Shown here in pieces: positions 34,788 through 41,644 of a stretch of DNA of 64,000 nt. This DNA is from Clostridia bacterium (GTDB taxonomy: Bacteria > Bacillota > Clostridia > Christensenellales > Borkfalkiaceae), in assembly GCA_017397305.1 (NCBI GenBank), contig JAFQJB010000020.1, positions 832 to 64,831 of the forward strand. Reading direction: 5' to 3'. Each line of letters begins with the position of its first letter. Within the stretch, counting starts at the first letter, position 1. Below the pieces are notes generated by a model, which was given only the letters and a program-made list of their open reading frames with translations, ran no database searches and was not told the DNA's origin. The position numbers and the translations under genes were made by a program.

Positions 34788-34951
34788 AAAAACACCCTCT
34801 ATATATATTATAACAAAAAAATATAGACAAAACTATGACAAGTGTAAAAGTTTTTAAATTTTACTTATTTTTTTTGATTTATAAGGGTTGTAAGTTTTTT
34901 GTCATAGTTCATTTGTTATAATTAAATAGAAAAGAAATCAAGGAGAAATAT

Positions 34952-35608
34952 ATGTCAACTTTTTTTACAATTAAAAAGAAATGTGCCGTTTGTGGAACAG
35001 AAAACGAGATTAAAATCTGGGGGAGCACACATGCGTTTGGATATTGCGATTTAGATTTCCGCCCTGCTGAACAAATGCGATCTTTGTTATATTTGCAGGC
35101 AGAAGAATGCGTAAACTGTGGCTTTGTTGCTACAAATATCGCAAATGACAAATTTGCTAATGTTTATAAGAAAATTGTCAATAGTGATGAGTATAAAAAT
35201 TGTAATAGAATCAAATTTGAGAATGATGTTGCAGAAAAATTTTATAAAATTTATTTATTAAATACTAAACTCAATGATGAAACGGCATCATTTTTAGCGT
35301 TAAGAAATGCTGCTTGGATATGTGATGATGCAGGAGATGAAAAAAATGCGATAAAATGCAGAAAAGAGGCGTTAAAATTTTTAGACGTGTTAATATCAAT
35401 AAAAGATAACAACCTTGAAAAATATATCTTAATAAAAATGGATTTTTTAAGACGTTGTAGAATGTTTAAAGAAGTAATTGACTGTTATAAAGAATTTAAA
35501 TTCACAAATGAGTCGCACTATAAAGTTTATAATTATCAAAAATTTCTTGCACAAATCAGGAATGATAAAATTTCAAATTATGGTGAAGTAATAAATTTTT
35601 TTAATTAA
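34952..35608 (+). CDS. zinc-ribbon plus helical-repeat protein (DUF2225-like)
   Basis: CAVCG...DLDFRP...CVNCGF followed by a helical, TPR-like C-terminal part. RBS AAGGAGA. Confidence 0.5.
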   Translation: MSTFFTIKKKCAVCGTENEIKIWGSTHAFGYCDLDFRPAEQMRSLLYLQAEECVNCGFVATNIANDKFANVYKKIVNSDEYKNCNRIKFENDVAEKFYKIYLLNTKLNDETASFLALRNAAWICDDAGDEKNAIKCRKEALKFLDVLISIKDNNLEKYILIKMDFLRRCRMFKEVIDCYKEFKFTNESHYKVYNYQKFLAQIRNDKISNYGEVINFFN

Positions 35609-35635
35609 AAATTAACTGATGTCTTTTAGTATTTA

Positions 35636-35686
35636 AAACAAAAAGTGAACAAACTCATCTTCCTTTCCAGGTTCGAATTTGTTCAC
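35636..35686 (-). terminator. hairpin plus U-run downstream of tRNA-Ser
   Basis: GTGAACAAA-N24-TTTGTTCAC, followed on the minus strand by TTTTTGTTT. Confidence 0.5.
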
Positions 35687-35689
35687 ATT

Positions 35690-35777
35690 TGGCGGAGAGG
35701 AGAGGATTTGAACCTCCGGTACGTTTCCGTACACACGCTTTCCAAGCGTGCACATTAGACCACTCTGACACCTCTCC
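35690..35777 (-). tRNA. tRNA-Ser (anticodon GGA), CCA encoded
   Basis: Manual fold: acceptor GGAGAGG/CCTCTCC, anticodon arm CACGC-TTGGAAA-GCGTG, long variable arm GTACG-GAAA-CGTAC, T arm GGAGG-TTCAAAT-CCTCT. One mismatch in the D stem. Confidence 0.9.
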
Positions 35778-35961
35778 GTGCCTAAAGTCCGCTAATTATT
35801 CTAATATATTTTCAAAATAAAAGCAAGTCAAATGTGCTTACATTTTAAAATTTAGGGCAAATTTTTTTGTCTTTTGCTTATTCTATTACAAGTACCGTCT
35901 TTACCCCTCTATTGACAAGGAGTTGCAATAATGGTATAATACGCGGGATAGGAGAAAATAT

Positions 35962-36819
35962 ATGATTGTACGAATGTTTAACCTTTGGTATTTTTTCTGG
36001 TTATTATTTGCCAGTGGAACCATTGTGGGTTTATATTTTTTACTGAGGAACAAATCACAAAAGACAAAAAAGTGGACGCTTTTTTCCATACTTTTATTCG
36101 CGCTTATTCTTCACTTTGTAAAACTGTTCTTCCCGCCGTATACCACCAATCAAGAAATTGCGCTTAGGGACAGCTGGTTTATCAATATCTGCGGTGCGAA
36201 CATTGCGCTCTTCCCCTTTTTGTTTTTATTTAAGAACAAATACGTCAAAGATTATATCTTTTACATGGGCATAATCGGTGGCGGGCTTGCCCTTTTATAC
36301 CCCACCGAAGCGCTTAACAAGACCATTGAAAACCCGCTGATTTTTGACACCATAAGATTCTATTTACACCACACCATTCTATTTGCAATTCCGCTTCTTA
36401 TGGTAATGCTTAAAGTTCACCAAATAAGTTATAAACGCATTTTATCTTGCCCCGTCGGGCTTCTTATCGTAATGCTGTTTATTATGCTAAATCAAGTATT
36501 GCAAAGTGAACTTGGCTTTATCCCTTTAAGAAAGGGCGACATCTTCAACATTGGCTACAAAAACACTTCGTTTATATGGGGACCGGGCGACGATTCGCTT
36601 GCGCAAATCTTCGTTATTTTCTGTCCTAAATTCTTTAGGGTAATTCCGTTTGGAGAGTTTGCTGGGCAAGAAAAGTTTTGGCCGTGGTTTTGGCTTATCA
36701 TTCCCGTGTTCATCTACCTTATCCCCTTTGCATTTATGCTGTCGATGATATTCGACCACAAAAAGTTTAGGGGCGACGTTGTAGCAATCTATAAAAAAAT
36801 CTTCAAAAAGACAAACTAA
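35962..36819 (+). CDS. integral membrane protein (YwaF/TIGR02206-like guess)
   Basis: 285 aa, about 7-8 TM segments. RBS AGGAGA. Confidence 0.6.
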   Translation: MIVRMFNLWYFFWLLFASGTIVGLYFLLRNKSQKTKKWTLFSILLFALILHFVKLFFPPYTTNQEIALRDSWFINICGANIALFPFLFLFKNKYVKDYIFYMGIIGGGLALLYPTEALNKTIENPLIFDTIRFYLHHTILFAIPLLMVMLKVHQISYKRILSCPVGLLIVMLFIMLNQVLQSELGFIPLRKGDIFNIGYKNTSFIWGPGDDSLAQIFVIFCPKFFRVIPFGEFAGQEKFWPWFWLIIPVFIYLIPFAFMLSMIFDHKKFRGDVVAIYKKIFKKTN

Positions 36820-36825
36820 AAATTT

Positions 36826-36856
36826 ACCGCCCCTCTTTTTTGGGGCGGTTTTTTTA
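36826..36856. terminator. bidirectional terminator
   Basis: ACCGCCCC-tctttttt-GGGGCGGTTTTTTT. Confidence 0.7.
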
Positions 36857-36976
36857 ACTTATATCCATAACAAAAGTCGCTATAACCATAATAAGAATAA
36901 TAGACAGCCAAAAAAAGCACCCGAAACCTAGCACCCCAAATTTCCCCTTACGTCTTTTATTTTTTATCTTTTGCAT
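36854..36976 (-). CDS. 40-aa small membrane protein (tentative)
   Basis: MQKIKNKRRKGKFGVLGFGCFFWLSIILIMVIATFVMDIS with strong RBS AAGGGGGAA. Confidence 0.35.
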   Translation of the reverse strand: MQKIKNKRRKGKFGVLGFGCFFWLSIILIMVIATFVMDIS

Positions 36977-37090
36977 ATCATTTCCCCCTTTTTTCTTTAT
37001 TATCGCAAAGAATATAGACAGCATATTGTCATATTTGATTAAAAATTGGGGAAAAATTTTCAAATTTTAGCGGAGTATTTTTTTATATCA

Positions 37091-37119
37091 TTGACTAACC
37101 ACTAAAAAATTGTTATAAT
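37091..37119 (+). promoter_or_regulatory. promoter of glnA
   Basis: TTGACT-17 nt-TATAAT. Confidence 0.55.
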
Positions 37120-37151
37120 AAAATATATTTTATTTAAGGAGCAAATCTCTT

Positions 37152-38576
37152 ATGGCAAAAAGCACAAAAGATATAATGGCACTTATCAAGGAAAAAGGCA
37201 TTAAAATGGTTGACTTTAAGATGGTAGACATCAACGGTCAATATCGTCACGTTACTATTCCTGCGGAAAACTTTTCGGAAGACACAATGAAAAGCGGTAT
37301 CGGTTTCGACGCGTCCAACTACGGCTATGCCGTTGTTGAAAAGAGCGATATGGTATTTATACCCGACCCCGAAACTGCCGTTGTTGACCCCTTCTGCGAT
37401 ATTCCAACCCTTTCAATGACGGGTAACGCAATGATTATCGACAACCCCGAAAACCGCCCGCTCGCTCAGTACCCTAGAAATATCGTGCTCGCTGCTGAAA
37501 AATATATGAAGGACAGCGGTATTGCAGATACCATGCTTATCCTTCCCGAATTTGAATTTTATCTTTTCGACCAAGTTGGTTGGGAAGTTCAACCGAACAG
37601 CGTTGGCGTTTCTTTAGACACTCAACAATCGTACTGGAATAGTGCAGTTGAAGGCCGTGGTGTTATCGTTCAAAAACAAAAGGCTTACCACATTGCAAAA
37701 CCCTTCGACCAATCTTACGAATGCAGAAGTGAAATGTGCCTTCACATGAAGGATGCGGGTATTGATATCAACTATCACCACCCCGAAGTTGCAGCTTCTG
37801 GTCAGTTCGAAATTGAACCTCAACTCGGTCAAATGTCTAAAATGGCTGACGCTACTATGATGATTAAATATATCATTCATAACACCGCGTTAAAATACGG
37901 CAAGTCTGCAACCTTTATGCCCAAGCCCATTTACGGCGAGGCTGGTAGCGGTATGCACGTTCATATGCTTTTACTTAAAGACGGTCAGCCCGTTTTCTCT
38001 GACGATAACGGCTATGCACGTTTAAGTAAAACCGCGCACTACTTTATGGGCGGTCTATTAAAACATATCTCTGCACTCTGTGCGCTCACAAACCCCAGCA
38101 CCAACTCCTTTAAGCGCCTTATCCCCGGTTTTGAAGCACCCGTTACGGTAGGTTACGCAACCTCTAACCGCAGTGCAGTTATCCGTATTCCCGCTTATGC
38201 AAAATCACCCGACAAACGTCGTTTCGAACTTCGTAACCCCGACGCAACTTGCAACCCGTATTTCTGCTATGCGGCAATTCTTATGGCTGGTCTTGACGGT
38301 GTTAAGAACAAGATTGACCCGCACGAAAACGGTTGGGGCCCATATGATATGAACCTCTATCATTTGAGCGACGAAGAAAAGGCAAAACTTCACCACCTCC
38401 CCACTTCATTAGAAGAATCTTTGGATGCTTTGGAAAAAGACCACGACTTCCTTACCGAAGGCGGTGTATTCCCCGAAGAATTGCTTAAAAACTTTATCAA
38501 AACTAAACGCGAAGAATGTAGACAATTATCTGCAATTCCCCACCCCGCAGAGTTTGATAAGTATTATAACCTTTAA
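37152..38576 (+). CDS. glnA: glutamine synthetase, type I
   Basis: 474 aa with a beta-grasp N-domain. EVAASGQFEI, GSGMHVH and NSFKRL motifs. Confidence 0.9.
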   Translation: MAKSTKDIMALIKEKGIKMVDFKMVDINGQYRHVTIPAENFSEDTMKSGIGFDASNYGYAVVEKSDMVFIPDPETAVVDPFCDIPTLSMTGNAMIIDNPENRPLAQYPRNIVLAAEKYMKDSGIADTMLILPEFEFYLFDQVGWEVQPNSVGVSLDTQQSYWNSAVEGRGVIVQKQKAYHIAKPFDQSYECRSEMCLHMKDAGIDINYHHPEVAASGQFEIEPQLGQMSKMADATMMIKYIIHNTALKYGKSATFMPKPIYGEAGSGMHVHMLLLKDGQPVFSDDNGYARLSKTAHYFMGGLLKHISALCALTNPSTNSFKRLIPGFEAPVTVGYATSNRSAVIRIPAYAKSPDKRRFELRNPDATCNPYFCYAAILMAGLDGVKNKIDPHENGWGPYDMNLYHLSDEEKAKLHHLPTSLEESLDALEKDHDFLTEGGVFPEELLKNFIKTKREECRQLSAIPHPAEFDKYYNL

Positions 38577-38582
38577 TACGAT

Positions 38583-38615
38583 AAACGGGCTTAACGATTT
38601 AAGCCCGTTTTTTTA
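38583..38615 (+). terminator. terminator of glnA
   Basis: AAACGGGCTTAA-cgat-TTAAGCCCGTTTTTTT. Confidence 0.8.
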
Positions 38616-38705
38616 TTAGGAAAATAGCAAAAATTTTCAAATATCCATTGCCAAAAAACCTTTTAGATGATAAAATGTATACATAATAATTTTATGGGTA
38701 CACTT

Positions 38706-39263
38706 ATGACAAATCAAACACTTATTGAAAATTATCAAAAGAGAATTAAAAGGATTGTTATAACCGAAGAAGAAATCAAAGAGGCGATTAAAAAGGTTGG
38801 TGCGGAAATTGCTAAAAGTTACACTGGCCGTCCCCTTTTACTTGTAAGCGTGCTTAAAGGTGCGTTCGTGTTCATGGCCGACCTTTCACGTGCAATCAAT
38901 GCTCCTTGCGAGATTGCTTTTATGTGTGCAAAAAGTTATTTCAGCGGAACAAGTTCATCTGGTGAAGTTAACATCATTATGGACATTGATAGAGATATCA
39001 AAGACCTAGACGTTATTATCGTTGAAGATATCGTCGACACGGGCAGAACGCTTAAACGCATTTGTGAAATTTTAAAAGAGAGAAAGCCCCACTCCTTAAG
39101 GGTTGTTTCTCTTTTAGATAAACCCGATAGACGCGTGGTTGATTTTAACCCCGATATCTCGCTTTTCACTATCCCCGACTTTTTTGTTATCGGCTATGGT
39201 CTTGATTGCGCAGAACAATATAGAAATCTTCCCTACATCGCTGAATACAACCAAGAAGTTTAA
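38706..39263 (+). CDS. hpt: hypoxanthine phosphoribosyltransferase
   Basis: PRPP motif VIIVEDIVDTGRTL. Start uncertain (38694 or 38706; the track gives 38667). Confidence 0.85.
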   Translation: MTNQTLIENYQKRIKRIVITEEEIKEAIKKVGAEIAKSYTGRPLLLVSVLKGAFVFMADLSRAINAPCEIAFMCAKSYFSGTSSSGEVNIIMDIDRDIKDLDVIIVEDIVDTGRTLKRICEILKERKPHSLRVVSLLDKPDRRVVDFNPDISLFTIPDFFVIGYGLDCAEQYRNLPYIAEYNQEV

Positions 39264-39278
39264 TCTAAAAAACATAAA

Positions 39279-39306
39279 CCCACCGCATAAAGCGGTGGGC
39301 TTTTTA
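39279..39306 (+). terminator. terminator of hpt
   Basis: CCCACCGC-ataaa-GCGGTGGGCTTTTT. Confidence 0.8.
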
Positions 39307-39321
39307 TTGTTTGTTATAACG

Positions 39322-39697
39322 TAAACGCGATGCAATACGTGGTATTCTTCCACGTAGCATTTTGCCAAAAGGCTTTGTAGCGAAAGATAATTGATTAGTG
39401 CTTCGCACGATTTGACGAGAAAAATACAAGTAGGACGAGTGTTCTTTTTGGAGAGCATACCCATAGTGGTCTGTTCGCCAAAAAAACACGAAGTAATACG
39501 CAGTATCTCTTAAAACCAAAAGGCTTTGTAGCAATGCGTGGTGATTAGCGACAAGCGGTTTGGCGAGGAAAATACAAGTAGGGCGCGCGTTCTTGCAAGG
39601 GAGCATACTTGAAAAGTATGTAACAAAAGCAAAACGCGATGCAATACGCAGTATTTTTCCGTCAAAAATCAATTAGATTAAGCGGAAAAGCCTTTAA
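39322..39697. repeat. family A structured intergenic repeat, locus 2 (partial unit plus units 39367-39517 and 39518-39695)
   Basis: Each unit starts AAAAGGCTTTGTAGC. Unit 2b shows 5 mismatches in its first 77 nt against 13520-13596 (manual alignment). The closing arm AAAAGCCTTT overlaps the stop of the SDR gene. Confidence 0.85.
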
Positions 39698-40416
39698 ACC
39701 ATAAAGGGTTGTTTTCCGTCACGATGAATAAGTATCTCGTCAATAACGGCGTTGGTGCGGTTTTTAAGGAGGAACATTACGGCACTTGAAACGTCTTCAG
39801 GCATAATCATTCCGTCGGGGTTTAGGTCGGGGCGAGAAATTTTTACCATATCAGTAAACACACCACCGGGGGAAACGGCGTGCACCCTTATACCCTCTTT
39901 ATAAACTTCGGCTGAAAGCGCTTTGGTAAAGCCCAAAAGTGCGTGCTTTGAAGCGCTATACGCACTTTGCCAAGCATAGCCAGAGTGGGCAACAACCGAA
40001 GCGATGTTTATTATGCTTGCCCTTTTAGAATTTTTTAAGTCGGCTAGGGCAACCTTTGTCAAGTGATAAGGCACTCTAACGTTAACCGCCATCATATCGT
40101 CAAACACCTTCATTTCGGTGTTTTCGAGCAAGGAATTGTGGGTTAGCCCCGCGTTGTTGATTAAAACGTCTAATCCACCCAAAAATGCTTTTGCACTTTT
40201 ATAGCAGTCTTCTAAGGTTTTATCCTCCCTTAAATCGCCCGCAAAATATTCGCACTTTGCCCCTTCTTTTTCAACAAGTTCTTTGGTCTCTTTAAGTTTT
40301 TCTTCTCTCTTACCGCCAACGAGTGCAATATCCACCCCTTCTTTTGCAAGGGCAAGGGCAATCGCCCTTCCTATTCCACTACCAGCACCCGTTACAATTG
40401 CTTTCAAACCTTTCAT
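39694..40416 (-). CDS. SDR-family oxidoreductase (FabG-like)
   Basis: TGAGSGIGRA, NNAG and YSASKHAL motifs. Confidence 0.8.
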   Translation of the reverse strand: MKGLKAIVTGAGSGIGRAIALALAKEGVDIALVGGKREEKLKETKELVEKEGAKCEYFAGDLREDKTLEDCYKSAKAFLGGLDVLINNAGLTHNSLLENTEMKVFDDMMAVNVRVPYHLTKVALADLKNSKRASIINIASVVAHSGYAWQSAYSASKHALLGFTKALSAEVYKEGIRVHAVSPGGVFTDMVKISRPDLNPDGMIMPEDVSSAVMFLLKNRTNAVIDEILIHRDGKQPFMV

Positions 40417-40560
40417 TTTTTACCTTTAAGTTTTTTTGTTTAGTATAACATTTTATATATATAATGTCAATTAGTAGAAAAACAAGAATAACTGCCTTTC
40501 TCTTTCTTGTATAGCAAAAGCCTTGCAAAATGCAAGGCTTTTTTGTTTTTTTCTTTTAGT

Positions 40561-41448
40561 TTACGCGTTAGTGGTAACCTTTTTGCCGTAGCAGTAAAGA
40601 GCAACGGTACCAGGGCCACAAGTTGAACCAACGATAGGTCCTAAGGGCAAGATTTGAATTTCTTTTTCAGTGCCAAGTCTTGCAAGAACCTTATCTTTCA
40701 TTTCGAGGGCAACGTCACCGCAGTCAGCGTGGCTGATAAAGATGTGTTGATAAGGAAGGTCTTCATAAGCTTCAAAGAAACGGTCGATAACCCTTTCGAT
40801 AGAAGCGGCTCTACCCTTAACCTTTTCAATTGCAAAGTTGTGACCCTTTGCGTCTGAAATGATGATAGGTTTAATAGACAAAAGTCCGCCAAAGAAAGCT
40901 GAAGCAGCACTAACCCTGCCTGCAACCTTAAGGTAGGTAAGTTTTTCAACGGTGCATTCTTGGTTCATGGTAAGTTTATGTTCTTCCACCCAATCAGCAA
41001 CTTCATCAATAGTTTTCCCCGCTTCTCTAAGTTCACTTGCGGTAATGCACAAGATACCAAGACCAGCACAAGCCATAAGCGTGTCGATACAAATAATTTT
41101 TCTATCGGGATATTTTTCTTTCAATTCGTCTCTAGCAAAGGTGCTTGCCTTTACGGATGCAGAGAGTGCCGAAGAGCAAGAAAGTGATAAAATATCGTAA
41201 CCTTTTTCAAGATAAGAAGAGAACTTTTCCATATATTCTTCTTTGGTGATTTGTGCGGTGGTAACCCTTTTACCTTCTCTCAAATAATCGTAGAGTTGTT
41301 TGGGGCTAATTTTCTCCCAGTCAAGACTTGCGTCATATTCTACCCCGTCAAGTCTAAAGTGCATGGGAATATAGTCGATATCATATTTTTGACGAAGTTC
41401 TTTGCTAAGTTCACTGCAAGAGTCAGTTATAATAACAAATTTGCTCAT
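40561..41448 (-). CDS. DegV-family fatty-acid-binding protein
   Basis: FVIITDSCSEL...YLKVAGRVSAASAFFGGLLSIKPII...GPGTVAL. Confidence 0.85.
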   Translation of the reverse strand: MSKFVIITDSCSELSKELRQKYDIDYIPMHFRLDGVEYDASLDWEKISPKQLYDYLREGKRVTTAQITKEEYMEKFSSYLEKGYDILSLSCSSALSASVKASTFARDELKEKYPDRKIICIDTLMACAGLGILCITASELREAGKTIDEVADWVEEHKLTMNQECTVEKLTYLKVAGRVSAASAFFGGLLSIKPIIISDAKGHNFAIEKVKGRAASIERVIDRFFEAYEDLPYQHIFISHADCGDVALEMKDKVLARLGTEKEIQILPLGPIVGSTCGPGTVALYCYGKKVTTNA

Positions 41449-41564
41449 AAATATTTCTCCTTATAATTTATGGTATAATTTTACCTATTTACCTTCAACT
41501 TTCAATCAAACGAATATAAACTTTTGTTGAACTTTGTCATTTATATAAAATATTATTATATTTT

Positions 41565-41594
41565 TTGGACAAGTCGCGTTTTTTTTGCTATAAT
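41565..41594 (+). promoter_or_regulatory. promoter of the P-type ATPase gene
   Basis: TTGGAC-18 nt-TATAAT. Confidence 0.45.
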
Positions 41595-41644
41595 AACCTT
41601 ACTATTTATAAAAACATAAGCGACTGCTTATAAAGGAGAAAAAA

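Larger units (their letters stand above)
33805..35707. mobile_element. putative integrase-less integrated islet or remnant at tRNA-Ser
   Basis: Bracketed by the 20-bp direct repeat. Visibly more AT-rich than its flanks. Contains four small orphan genes and no recombinase. Confidence 0.5.

Noticed and set aside
35660-35680. GGTTCGAAT T-loop-like string suggesting another tRNA
   Set aside because: No acceptor, anticodon or D arms can be folded around it. It lies in the loop of the hairpin that terminates tRNA-Ser.
38577-38705. Purine riboswitch upstream of hpt (and likewise upstream of guaA, 63436-63672)
   Set aside because: I could not find the conserved three-way-junction or loop sequences of guanine/adenine riboswitches. 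These regions contain only a terminator and promoter-like hexamers.
39114-39672. ORFs 39114-39464 and 39304-39672 (116 and 122 aa) spanning the family A repeats
   Set aside because: Their repeated peptide strings (ARPTCIFLAKP / TRPTCIFLVKS) simply mirror the DNA repeats. One overlaps the hpt 3' end and its terminator. Neither has an RBS. Stem covariation rather than codon-like conservation argues for non-coding DNA.
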